64,000 bases of DNA, taken from NCBI RefSeq assembly GCF_009914755.1, contig NC_060931.1; one strand, given 5' to 3'. This stretch comes from the human T2T-CHM13v2.0 reference genome, Homo sapiens. Shown piece by piece: positions 1 to 14,508 of this stretch (its first letter is position 1; every line of letters starts with the position of its first letter). The position numbers were made by a program, and so were the translations under genes. Under the pieces are notes generated by a model. It had not been told where the DNA came from, made no database searches, and saw only the letters and a list, made by a program, of their open reading frames with translations.

Positions 1-960
1 GAGAAATCGTGCCGATCATGAAGCCTCAGACCTAAAGAGGGGTGTGGAGCAGAAGAGACGGCGATCAGAAGCAGCATGGGGCTCGCGCAGGCTCTTCTGT
101 GGGAGGGATGGAGGCCCTCTGCTCTGCTCTGCTCTGCTCTAGGGAAAGAGGGCTAGATCTCACACCCTCAGGGGAGGGAGGAGCACACAGCCAGATTTAG
201 GCTCCCACTGGGGCAGAGGAAGAAACCACAGAATGGCTATCCAGGAAAGACGTGGAAGGAAGTACAAGACTGGCTCCACGACCCATCTGCAAAGCGACCC
301 AGGAGATACCCACGTGAGCGAGGGCGGTGCTCACCTCGAACCAAGGCCCACCACAGAGCTCCCACGGGCTCCCACCCAGCGCCCATTATCACAGAGGGGT
401 GAAGGACAAGTCCTACTCAACACTAGAACCAGGACAAGGAGTTGGTGTGGCTCCAAGAGGCAGCCCAGGGGGACTGTTGTGGGGCCACAGAAACCTACAC
501 AAGCGGCCGATCGCGGAGAGGAACACAGGCTGTGCTAACGCCAAAGCCCCTGGTCTTCCCACTGCACCACGACCACCTACGGCATTGCCACGGGGAAGCC
601 GGGGAGACGTGGCACCTCGCCCCACAACCTTCCCAAGTACCCGTGCAGCTATCATTACCACAAACCAAGCCCCACCACGGTCTAGCACGGCAGATGGACA
701 CAGCTCTCCCCGCAGTGACCTTCTGGGCTCAGCAAGGGCGCCTGTTCACCGGCTTCCCACACCCTCCCTGACACACGAGCCCTAAAGCGCCTCCCTTTCT
801 TCACAGCAGCCATCACCGCCTCAACGCGACTGACACCTGCCCCAGCCCCACCTAGAGAGGGGCCCTTGAGCTCCGAGTCTGCTGTGCAGCTCCCTGCTGT
901 TTTCCACAGCACCTAAATGTGCCAGGCTCACAGGAGACGCACAGTAAGAATCTGGGGAAT

Positions 961-1272
<312 letters not shown>

Positions 1273-1394
1273 TTAATGATCGAGTGAGTGAACTGAGTCT
1301 GGGTTTCTCCTTCTCAATCCCTTTTCAGCTGGCCAGTCCACCTGTATTATATGCTTTGTATGCGTTAAATCCTGCTGGAAGGCCAGACTTTCTA

Positions 1395-1640
1395 AATCCA
1401 CAGAGAATATCAGAAAATGTTTTGAACTCAACAGTAACAAAAACAACCCGCATCAAAATTTATGGGGTAGGCCTTCGTGACAAAGACTCTTAGAAAAGCA
1501 CAAGTTGGAGAGGATTTCATTAATTCAGTAAAGAGTATCACACAGAACATCTAGCACACACCACGCTTACTGATGGATTACCAAAGCGCCCGTCACAGCC
1601 TGAAGGAGACAAGGTGCCTACTGTCATCATTCCTCCATGA
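1395..1640 (+). mobile_element. Degraded L1M ORF2 fragment
   Basis: aaaatgttttgaactcaacagtaacaaaaacaacccgcatcaaaatttatgggg and agacaaggtgcctactgtcatcattcctccatgacactgcacctgga resemble L1 ORF2 consensus segments. Confidence 0.6.
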
Positions 1641-1665
1641 CACTGCACCTGGAGGAAAGGGGCAT

Positions 1666-3377
1666 GGAGAGAAGCAGGGCCGGAGAGGGAGTGTGGCCAG
1701 AGGAGAGGAGAGGCGCGGGGCTGGAGAGGGAGTGTGGCCAGAGGAGAGGAGAGGAGAGGCGCGGGGCTGGAGAGGGAGTGTGGCCAGAGGAGAGGAGAGG
1801 CGCGGGGCTGGAGAGGGAGTGTGGCCAGAGGAGAGGAGAGGCGCGGGGCTGGAGAGGGAGTGTGGCTAGAGGAGAGAAGCAGGGCTGGAGAGGGAGTGTG
1901 GCCAGAGGAGAGGAGAGGCGCGGGGCTGGAGAGGGAGTGTGGCCAGAGGAGAGGAGAGGCGCGGGGCTGGAGAGGGAGTGTGGCCAGAGGAGAGGAGAGG
2001 CGCGGGGCTGGAGAGGGAGTATGGCCAGAGGAGAGGAGAGGCGCGGGGCTGGAGAGGGAGTGTGGCCAGAGGAGAGGAGAGGCGCGAGGCTGGAGAGGGA
2101 GTGTGGCCAGAGGAGAGAAGCAGGGCTGGAGAGGGAGTGTGGCCAGAGGAGAGGAGAGGCGCAGGGCTGGAGAGGGAGTGTGGCCAGAGGAGAGAAGCAG
2201 GGCTGGAGAGGGAGTGTGGCCAGAGGAGAGGAGAGGCACGGGGCTAGAGTGGGAGTGTGGCCAGGGGAGAGGCGCAGGGCTGGAGAGGGAGTGTGGCCAG
2301 AGGAGAGGAGAGGCTTGAGGCTGGAGAGGGAGTGTGGCCAGGGGAGAGGAGAGGCGCAGGGCTGGAGAGGGAGTGTGGCTAGAGGAGAGAAGCAGGGCTG
2401 GAGAGGGAGTGTGGCCAGAGAAGAGGAGAGGCGCGGGGCTGGAGTGGGAGTGTGGCCAGAGGAGAGAAGCAGGGCTGGAGAGGGAGTGTGGCCAGAGGAG
2501 AGGAGAGGCGCGGGGCTAGAGTGGGAGTGTGGCCAGGGGAGAGGCGCAGGGCTGGAGAGGGAGTGTGGCCAGAGGAGAGGAGAGGCGCGGGGCTAGAGTG
2601 GGAGTGTGGCCAGGGGAGAGGCGCAGGGCTGGAGAGGGAGTGTGGCCAGAGGAGAGAAGCAGGGCTGGAGAGGGAGTGTGGCCAGAGGAGAGAAGCAGGG
2701 CTGGAGAGGGAGTGTGGCCAGGAGAGAAGCAGGGCTGGAGAGGGAGTGTGGCCAGACGAGAGAAGCAGGGCTGGAGAGGGAGTGTGGCCAGAGGAGAAGA
2801 GAGGCGTGGGGCTGGAGAGGGAGTGTGGCCAGAGGAGAGAAGCAGGGCTGGAGAGGGAGTGTGGCCAGGAGAGAAGCAGGGCTGGAGAGGGAGTGTGGCC
2901 AGGAGAGAAGCAGGGCTGGAGAGGGAGTGTGGCCAGAAGAGAGAAGCAGGGCTGGAGTGGGAGTGTGGCCAGAGGAGAGGAGAGGCATGGGGCTGGAGAG
3001 GGAGTGTGGCCAGAAGAGAGAAGCAGGGCTGGAGAGGGAATGTGGCCAGAGGAGAGGCACGGGGTTGGAGAGGCAGCGTGGCCAGAGGAGAGAAGAGGCG
3101 TGGGGCTGGAGAGGGATTGTGGCCAGAGGAGAGGAAAGGTGCGGGGCTGGAAAGGGAGCATGGCCAGGGGAGAGGAGAGGCAAGGGGCTGGCGGGGAAGC
3201 ATGGCCAGGGGAGGGGAGAGGAGAGGCACGGGGCTGGTGGGGAAGCGTGGCCAGGGGAGAGGAGAGGCGCGGGGCTGGAGAGGGAGCATGGCCAGGGGAC
3301 AGGAGAGGTGTGGGGCTGGCAGGGAAGCGTAGCCAGGGGAGAAGAGAGGCATGGGGTTGGTGGGGAAGCATGGCCAG
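1666..3377. repeat. G/A-rich minisatellite, units of 41/36/34 bp, about 45 copies
   Basis: Unit ggagaggagaggcgcggggctggagagggagtgtggccaga, variant ggagagaagcagggctggagagggagtgtggccaga. Right end (about 3040-3377) is more diverged. Confidence 0.98.
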
Positions 3378-3419
3378 CATCTCTCAGAGAGTATGAGTGT
3401 GCACGTCAAACACCAGCAT

Positions 3420-3665
3420 CAGAGCAAGGTTGTCATGTGCAGGGTCAATGTGCAGGACCCAATGGTACATCCACAGGCCAGGAACACATACATAGAAGAT
3501 CAAAGTCCAAGAAGACAACATGAAAACTGCGTCGAATGTTCAAATACGCAGGGCAGAAAGTCTAATGACATGTAAGAATCTACCCTAAAATCCATCAAAC
3601 TTGCTGAGAGAAATTAAAGGCCATCAAGGTAAATGGTGGAACATGTGGCATTCATGGTTCACAAG
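3420..3665 (+). mobile_element. Degraded L1M ORF2 fragment between two VNTRs
   Basis: gcaaggttgtcatgtgcagggtcaatgtgcag and aaacttgctgagagaaattaaaggccatcaaggtaaatgg...ttcatggtt match L1 ORF2 consensus order. Confidence 0.65.
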
Positions 3666-4177
3666 ATACGCCGATGCCGAGATACACCGATGCCGAGGTA
3701 TCAAGATACGCTGATGCCAAGATACGCTGATGCCGAGATACGCCGAAGCCAAGATGCCGAGATGTCGAGATACGCAGATGCCAAGATACGCCGAAGCCGA
3801 GATACGCCGATGCCGAGATACACCGATGCCAAGATACGCAGATGCCAAGTTACGCCGATGCCGAGATACGCCGATGCCGAGATACGCCGATGCCGAGATA
3901 CGCCGATGCCGAGATACGCCGATCCCGAGATACGCCGATCCCGAGATACGCCGATGCTGAGATACGCCAATGCCAAGATGTCGAGATATGCTGATGCCAA
4001 GATACACCGATGCCGAGATGTCAAGATACGCTGATGCTGAGATACACTGATGCTGAGATACGCCGATGCTGAGATAACGCCGATGCCGAGATAACGCTGA
4101 TGTCGAGATATGCCAATATCGAGATAATGCCGAGACCGAGATAACGCTAATGTCGAGATACGCTAATGCCAAGATAA
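3663..4177. repeat. CpG-rich 16-bp minisatellite (gagatacgccgatgcc), about 32 copies
   Basis: Direct 16-bp periodicity; 3 CpG per consensus unit. Confidence 0.97.
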
Positions 4178-4399
4178 GCTAATGCTGTGCTTCACCTGGA
4201 CACAGGGAAACACTGGAAGGAGGAGGCAACGACGACAGCATGGAATCGTAAACAAATAAAAAAAGAGCCCATGGAACACACCAGAAAGCCCTGAAGTGGA
4301 CGGCCACGAGGGGTCCCCGGGCCACGGCCATGGCAGCGCCACGCGTGGGGAGAAGGCGGCCTTGCAATAGAGGCTGCCAGATCAACAGCATGTTTCACA

Positions 4400-6306
<1,907 letters not shown>

Positions 6307-8149
6307 CTACCTGCTCTTCTAGAGTCTGTCCTGGGTCTGTAATTTGTGCACACTAAACTTCAACACGGAGACTACTGAGAACAAGCCTCCCGAGGTGGGG
6401 CTGAGCCACACCCACTGTGCAGCACCCACCGCAGGAAGGCAAAACTGGAACACCTCACACGTCAGGTCACTAAACCGTGACCCACTCCCTGCACACAGCA
6501 TCACAACAGCAGCAAAAAGGAACACGCTGCATTCCCAGGGACGAAGGTCAAAAGGATAACGCTAAGATAAAAACAAAGAGAAGCCACAGAAGCGTGGCTC
6601 TATGTACAGAAAACATAAAAATGGGAAAAGCGGAGCAATGTTTAAAGATATACACACAATTAAACTAGAAAGAAAAATGAGGGAAGGGACTGCTCTACGT
6701 TTAGAGCACGGCTCCGTCTGACAGCGGAGGCTGTTCTGTTTCTTACACTGGGACTGAGACACGGGAACTTGCTGTATTCTTTGAGCTGTATGTATATGTT
6801 CTATATGATCTTTGCACACGCAATGTGTTTCACGAGAACAGTGAAAAGAAAGACTGGACGTGGGGTGGGTGGGACCTCACTGCGCCAAAATCTTGCTCTC
6901 TGATCCAAGAGTGGGCAGAGTCCTGGGCCCCTGGGAGTCCCTGGCTCCGCGTCCTCACTCCAGGCTGTGCCGGATCCCAGGACTTAAACAGACACCATCA
7001 GGGGAGATCAGGGCTTTGAAATAAAGGCAAGCCAGTGACTTGAAGTGGCACTCAGCTGGAGGAACAGCGGCCTTGTCTGTGGCTGGGACAGGCATGAGCT
7101 ACATTAACCTTGTTGGGGTGGTCTCCAAAGTGGAAGCTGCCCAAGCTGTATGAACACAAAATAAACAACAGCGCTTGCCTCTGCTCCATGTCCCTTCCAC
7201 CCACACGTCCTATGGGAGCAAAAACATGCATCAGGTGTGTCTCCACCGTGCTATTCCAGGAGAGATGAAAATAACCTGTTCAAAAATAAAAACACTCCAG
7301 CAACGTGGGCCCATTTCTAAATCGCTGCGCAGCCTGGGCACGGTGCCAGCGAGGCCCTGCCCTCTTCCCGTGGGCACCACACCCGCCTTTGTCATGGCCA
7401 GGGTGCGGCCACCAGAACACACTCCTTCATGATCCACGGGCCACTCTGACCCTGAGCACCTGTGGCCTCAGCTCCCTCGGGGCAGCCAGCCTCCCTCGCT
7501 CTGCCCTCAGCACACACAATCCTGCAGAGGAGAAGAGACACAGTCAGAAGGAAATGGAGGGGCCTCCTCAAACCCCAGGCCTGGGAGAATCCCAGCGAGG
7601 ACTGCACTGCCTTCCTAGGATGGACCAGAAGGGGGACTGGAGCCTCTCCCGTAGCAGGCCGGCTCCACAGATGACACTGAGCTTCAGCAAGGAACACGCA
7701 TGTCCTGTTCTGGGCCTGGCCTCGCGGCTAACCCTGCCGAGACACTGAATCCAAGGAGGCTGGGGATGCAGCCCAGCAACCCCCTGGCGAGGGAGCACAC
7801 AGGAGCCCAGCCTCAGGCAGCCGAGTGAATACACAGGACACGAAGAGCAACATGTCTTCAAAACAATCAACACCAATATCCAGGCGGGCCCTCCACCAGA
7901 AAGGGCATGGGAGACTCCAGCACAGCATCCTGGGCACAGAAACGACCCCCAAGAAGAGAGGAGGCCCTGGCAGAGTCAACTGAGAACGCGCAGGGGTCCC
8001 TGAGCTAAGCCTGGCTCCCCTGCCCCAGATTCCCTCGGGAAGGCACCATAGCATGGAGAGGAGGCCTCAGGAAGCGGCTCTGGCCCCTGTAAGAGGCTGG
8101 GATGGCTCAGGCTCACAAGAGCTGCCTCTGGGCCAGGAACATAGCAGGA

Positions 8150-8733
8150 AGAGAGCAGCTTCTCCGAAGAGGACAGAGGCTTCTCCCCGGAGGACAGAGG
8201 ATTCTCCTAGGAGGACAGTGGCTTCTCCCGGGAATGTGGCAGCTTCTCCCAGGAGGACAGAGGCTTCTCCTGGGAGGACAGAGGCTTCTCCTAGGAGGAC
8301 AGTGGCTTCTCCCAGGAATATGGCAGCTTCTCCCAGGAGGACAGCGGCTTCTCCCAGAGGATACCAGATTCTCCTGGGAGGATGAGGATGGCAGCTTCTC
8401 CTAGGAATATGGCGGCTTCTCCCAGGACGGAGGCTTCTCCCAGGACAGCGGCTTCTCCCAGGACAGCGGCTTCTCCTAGGAGGACAGTGTCTTCTCCCAA
8501 AGGATGGCGGCTTCTCCAGGGAGGACGGTGGCTGCTCATGGGAGGACAGAGGCTTCTTCCAGGAGGACAGCAGGTTGTCAAGGGAGGACAGAGGCTTCTC
8601 CCGGGAGGATGGTGGCTTCTTCCAGGAGGACAGTGGCTGATCATAGGAGGACAGCGGCTGCTCATGGGAGAGCAGAGGCTTCTTTCAGGAGGACAGCAGA
8701 TTCTCAAGGGAGGACAGAGGCTTCTTCTAGGAC
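8150..8733. repeat. 21-bp degenerate minisatellite (ggcttctcccaggaggacaga), about 28 copies
   Basis: Visible 21-bp periodicity with 18-20-bp variants. Confidence 0.93.
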
Positions 8734-10791
8734 TCTCTTCTGGATGTGAGGCAGGAAGAACATGGAACTCTTCTGAGGGGTCCCCCCTTGTACTTCCTGC
8801 ATTCTGCCCCCTATTTAACTGTTTCTTAAACAGCAGCAGCCCCCGCCTTCTTGGGCCCAGTCTCCATCTGCCTTCAGCTGTCTCCTGGATGGATCTGGCC
8901 TAAACTGCACCCAGCGAATACAGACACCAGCTCTCCACACTCTCCCATCACTGAGGGTGGCAGCCGTGTCCAGGGTCCCAGCCCTCCTGTTAAAGCTCAT
9001 CCGCTCCCAATCCCACAGCAGGCCCAGCCACGTTGGTTTTGAGACCGTGGATCATCAGGAATGTTTGTGGACGGTTTTTTGATTGACAAAAGGAACTTTA
9101 TGGCAGTGGGCAGATCTGATGCCCCAGGCAGCGAGGACGTGGGAGAGGGGAATGTGTGTCGTCACCAACCCCAGCTTCGGAGGAGGTGGCCGAGGAACGT
9201 GCTCATTCAGCCAGCCCAGACCCAACACCCCAGCCCAGAGCTCGAAACTCAGACCCTCAACAACTCCAGAAGACACAAATCTGTCTTTCCCAGTGTGCGG
9301 GTTCCCAGGGCAGGGTGTCACCATGACAACCACAGTCTGTGCTCAGCAGCCACGACGTGAGTCCGACGCCGCTGGACACCCAGCGTCAACTGCTCCCCCC
9401 AAGCCTGGGGCCTCCAGTAACTGATCTGCTGTGAGACAGGGCGGGAGGGTGGAGTGCAGACAACAAGGGGTGGGAAGCGGAGGCTTTTCTGTCATTTGAA
9501 AAGTTTCTTGCTAAAAGTTAGCTTGTATCACTGATATTCCAGAAACAAGACTCTGCAGCCATACTGCGGAAGCTTGGGGCACTGGAGAAACGGCTCATTT
9601 CAAACAGGAAAATGGTTTGTGTTCACCCAGTTCCAGAAGCCAATTTTCAACTGCTTAAAATAGTCATGATATTTTACCAAGGTAATTATACTCTTAGCTA
9701 TCAGTAACAATTAAATCCTTAGACTAGAGCCGTTTAATAAAGGTCTCGAAATAAAACCGCACACTCCAAGCACCGTGTACTAAAATGTCAAGCACACAAG
9801 GAGAGCCTCCAATGGGAAGCAGAGGCCCAGAGCCCCCACCAGCCGGAGGCTCGCAGCCCTCCTGGGTGCGCCTTGAGAGAAGGCGCTCCTCGACCACCCC
9901 AGCTGGGCGGGCTGCCATGCAGAGCTGAGGTGGGCACTGGCCGACACCAAGGCACACAGACCCAGAGCAGCAGGCACGCCGCTCCCTCCAGATGGCTGAG
10001 TGAACAGCTTCATCACGGCTGGCTGGACGGATCCTGCATCCCTGGCCTGGGGCTACACGGGCGACTGGGATCAATCCTTCGTCAGGATAAACAACCAGTC
10101 CATGCCCGGCGATCAATACCCACCTTCTTGCTAACACAGAGCAGGCCCGCGAGCACAGCAGGGTCGGGGTGAGGCTGGCGCGGGCCAGAAAGTGCCAGAG
10201 GCTCTCCACCTGCAAAGCAGAGCAGAGAAGAACAGAAACTTCCTGCCCTGAGCGGGCCGGGGTGGCCATCAAAGAGCAACGGCAGGAAGGAAGCCGGGCA
10301 CAGACTTCCCAGAAGGCTGCGGGGCTCCACTAGACCATGAGGGAGCCCCACAGGGATGAAAACCACACCAGACATCCAGTGACTGCATGTAACTCCTCAT
10401 CACGGCCGGGAGCCCTGGCACTAAGAGGGTGTGGGCAGCAGCACCAGTGTCGCGTGGGTCACAGGCTGCAGGCCAGACCCAGCACACAAGAACACTCAGG
10501 CCCACACGTGACCTGTCAAGGGAACTCTGCCCATCAGCTTCCAACCGCTGGCCTCACTTAAGAAACCAGGAGGTTCCCAAGGGATGAGCCTCAGCTGAGG
10601 CCGGGCGGGGCTGCCCTCCTGTGGGGGCCACACTTGTAGCCCAGGCCAAGACCCAGGCCACGCATGGAGGACCAACCCAAAGTGCTGCCCGCCTGGCCGG
10701 TGTGGGCCGATGTCACTCCCCAGCCCCGACCCAGAATCGGGGACTGGGCCCAACAACAAGGTGCACTCAAGGGGGTGCCACCCGAACACAG

Positions 10792-10941
10792 CACGTTCGC
10801 AGGCACCCGGGGTCATCAGGCCACGTTCGCAGGCACCCGGGGTCATCAGGCCATGTTCGCAGGCACCCGGGGTCATCAGGCCACGTTCGCAGGCACCCGG
10901 GGTCATCAGGCCACGTTCGCAGGCACCCGGGGTCATCAGGC
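10792..10941. repeat. 30-bp tandem repeat x5 (cacgttcgcaggcacccggggtcatcaggc)
   Basis: Near-perfect copies; one CpG>TpG variant. Confidence 0.98.
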
Positions 10942-11212
10942 CTGAGCCCAAAGTTTAGCAGAAAGGAGAACTGAGACCCAGAGAGAATGAGGGACATCTG
11001 AGATCCCAGAGAAAGGCCCAGCTCCCAGCCCAGCCCTCCCACTCTTCCTCCCCCAGGAAGCTCTGAGCTTCCAGCATCACGGGACCACAGCACGTCATCA
11101 CGCACCCAAAGATCACCGAGCTAAGGTGTCCCGCCACTCTGAAAGAACACAGTGTCGCCCCCTCTGCTTCCCGGGCCTCTCCTCGGCGGCAGGGTCGGGC
11201 TGCACTTGCCTG

Positions 11213-11277
11213 AACCCCCGCAGTGGTCAGCCCAAACCCCCGCAGTGGTCAGCCCGAACCACCGCAGTGGTCAGCCC
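11213..11277. repeat. About 22-bp tandem repeat x3 (aacccccgcagtggtcagccc)
   Basis: Three adjacent copies. Confidence 0.9.
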
Positions 11278-12827
11278 GCGTGCTGTGGCCTGTGGGCCCA
11301 AGCCGCTGTCTCCTCCCGCTCCAGGCCTCGAGGTGACTGCAGCAGCGCTTTGTGATGACCTGCCTTCTCTCCCTCCGCCGTGGTTCTCCACACACACTTT
11401 CGCAAAGGGGAAATTCTTGGGTCCCCACAGGAATGCCACCTCCTGAGAAAAGCCCTTCTGCGGCACCACCACGGCGTCCACCTCTGTTGAGGTGCGTGGC
11501 AGGTGCTGGTCTGGTGCCACTGCCTGGCCCCGCTAGAAGAGCGAATCCTCCAAGGGCTGTGCCCACACATCCACGCCACGTGCACCTCACGCATCTTGCT
11601 TAGAAGCTCACACACTAGCAGACACGGTGTGGAAGAGAAGGGAACACAGAGGAAGGTCGAGAGCTTGCTCCACAGAAACGTACCGTGCCTGACCATGCAG
11701 CAGGGCTGGGTGTCCCCTCTGCCAGAGGCAGCAGACAGCTCCGGCTGAAAAGCCATGTGAGAACATTTTGGAGTGTCCCCTGTCTGGGGTGCACCTGCAA
11801 AGCCAGGGCTTTGGGGTCAGCATCTGAGCTATGCGCAGGGGCCAGCTCAGCCTGTGTTCCGGGTGCCCACACAGTCAGTGCCCGAGGGACCTAGGCCCAT
11901 GTGAACTTTTCCTTTAGGAGACAGCATGGAGCCGCCCAGAGCGAGCTGGAGAAGCTGTAAAACAGCATCTTTGGAACGGAAATGTTACTCATTTTCTAAA
12001 AGCTCCACAACCAAGAGGTCCCAGCAGCAAAGAGGCTTGGTTTTCATCAAAAACGATCAAGAACAGGTAAACATCCATGAGGCACAACTCCCAGTACTTG
12101 ACAGGTGCAGCATGCATCCTGGGCCAGGGTGGCACAGCCCTCCGCCCACTCAGCACTAGCTGGAGGCAGGCAGGGGGAGTCTCCGCCCAGCAAACTGGAC
12201 ACCCGCCCTGGCCCAGAGAGCATCTGGGGACAGATTGACTTCTTTCCCGCCTTGTCTTCTGAAATTTCAGTGCCCAAGGAACATTTTAAACAGAACTCAC
12301 AAAAACCGTCTTTCATGCTCCAGCGACCTCTGCTCACGGTGCCAGGCATCAGAACCCCCGCAGGCACTGAGGCTTAGAGTCGGGCCATGGAGCCACCCAC
12401 AGGTGGGGCACACCTGGAAGCAGGTGACAGCCTTCATCCCAAGCCCAGGCCAAGACCCACACAGTGTAAATGGCATCACTGGATGGGAAAGCATGAGGGT
12501 GCTGACTGCAAGGCACGTGGGAGCCTGCAGGGGGTCCGCAGTGACAGGGAACCCTCTCCAGAGCTCAGCACCAGGCCAGGGGTGGACACTGAGATGCTGG
12601 AGGAACTGAAAAGGGTGGGGCACGCAGCAGGCCCAGAGAGTCCCACAGGGAGCACCGGGGCTGAGCACTCTCTGGCATTCCCAGAACCCTCCTGGCAACC
12701 CAGGGCCAAAGTGCCAACCCTGACCCGGCTGCAGCACTCCTGCCTCCACAGTGAGATCCAGCTAACCAGGTGTGCACTGACCCGCAGCTCCCTGCGACTC
12801 TGATCAAGATGTAAGGGCATACATCAC

Positions 12828-12972
12828 CTTGGTGAGCAGCAGGACCCGTTTCTGGAGCCTCCGGGCCAGCGCCTCGTGGGTCTCGCGCTTCTTCCTCTCC
12901 TCCAACAGCTGGCCGCTGACCTGCCGGAGCTCCTCCTGCAGCTGCTGCCTGGCCTTCTCCAGCCCCCGGGCG
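12828..12972 (-). CDS. MAD1L1: Internal coding exon of MAD1L1 (MAD1 coiled-coil region; probably exon 12)
   Basis: Translation [48 protein letters not shown] matches human MAD1 as I recall it. Minus-strand acceptor is ctttgccctcttgtctctcccatgcAG (AG at 12974-12973); donor is AAG|GTGATG (GT at 12827-12826). 145 nt = 1 nt completing the preceding Ser codon plus 48 codons. Confidence 0.97.
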
Positions 12973-13911
12973 CTGCATGGGAGAGACAAGAGGGCAAAGC
13001 AATGAAGCCTGGGGTGACCACCCCACCAAGCCCCGCCCCACCCCAGGAACGAGCCCACCAGGACATCCTAAAATAGAGCTGCACGTGCAACCCCCTCACT
13101 GCCATTTCCGCACTGCTGAATAGCTACTTAAGGCCTTTCAGGAGTTTCTGGATTTCAAATAGACTCCCAGGGTGATCCCAGAACACGGCAGGGAGGGGGA
13201 AGGGAGCTCAACTCCACACACAATGGGAAAAATTGTCGGCGACGCAGCCCTTCAGGAGACGGGACTTCTGAATGAGCGAGATTGCAGAGCCAGCGCTTCC
13301 CCTCTGAATCACCGCAGATGTGCAGCGTGGTGCGGGGAAGCAAGCGCCAGGCGCCTGGTTGGGGGGCCTGTTCTAAAAACATTCTGTGAGGTTGAAAGCC
13401 CAGCCTGGCGCTAAGCACTGGGAACCCGAGAGGCCTCCTGTGGGCCGACGCCAGAGGCAGGGCCAACTCCAGGCTGCCCAAGAGGCCTCTCCCTGTCCGC
13501 CCCTTCGGGTGGCTGATGGTTCCTTTCAATTCTGCTTTTGAAACCTCCCTTTTCCCTGCATGGTCCCCACAGCCACTGCCTCAGTCCCTGTGCTCGTTGC
13601 CTGTCACCTACGTTACCACAATAGCCTCCCAACGGCTCTCACTAGACCCCTCTGCCACTGGGCACCAAGCTGTCTCCTCAGACAGCAGAGAGGGGCTGGG
13701 TCATGCGATTTTTAAGCCTTTGGTGGCTCCCAACCACTCTTGGTGAGCTTCCGAGTTCGTGGCCTGGCAGTAGCGGGCCTCAGGGGTTTGGATCTTGCCC
13801 CTCTCTCTCTGTCCTTCAGGAGCTGACTTGGGACCGGACAAATGACAGCGTCCACTGACCCTGACTGCAGAACCCACCCATGATGCAACGGCTTTCTGTG
13901 ATTCCGGGAAC

Positions 13912-14200
13912 CCCAGGACTCCACCTCCTCACGGGAGGGGCTCCCAGGAAGGGCACAGTGAGGCGCAGAGAGGAGAGGCTGTCCCAGGGAGAGGGTGAGT
14001 CAGGACTCCACCTCCCACATGGGACAGCCGGGCACACAGGTGCTCCCAGGAAGGGACACAGCCAGGAGAGATGAGAGGCCGCCCGAGAGGAGGAGAGTCA
14101 GGACTCCACAGTGAGGTACGAGAGCTCTCCCAGGAAAGGACACAGCCAGGAAAGAAGAGAGGCCACACCGGGGAGGGTGCGAGTCCGCGGAGGGAGGGCC
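13912..14200. repeat. Degenerate tandem repeat of about 90 bp x3
   Basis: caggactcca...ctcccaggaa(g/a)gg...gagtc recurs at about 13913, 14001 and 14099. Confidence 0.75.
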
Positions 14201-14508
14201 CATCCCTACTCAGACAGCCCAGGCAGGCGCAGAGTGGAACGGCGCTGGAACACGGGAGCTGCACACGACTCTATTGAGTACCACAAACTTCTTTCCAAAG
14301 GAAATCTTAACTAAATCTCAAGGAAATAAAACACAGCACTGGGATAGAGAAAAGCTAACAGGGACCACAGCCCTGTGAGGCAACCATCAGGGAGAGCCAG
14401 GAGGCTGCTTGGAAACAGGAATGTGGGATGGGGCCATGACCTCCACCCTCACGTTCACACCTTCCCAGCCATTGATTGCTTCTGCTCGGCCTTAGTTGCA
14501 TGACTTGA

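Noticed and set aside
1538-3523. Long ORFs (up to 333 aa) with repeated GEGVWPEERRGAG / SSPLATLPLQP peptides
   Set aside because: These are stop-free translations of the minisatellite, open in nearly all frames on both strands.
8053-8903. ASPRRT-repeat ORFs resembling protamine or SR-like proteins
   Set aside because: Product of a 21-bp degenerate repeat; frames shift within the array and there is no splice or start context.
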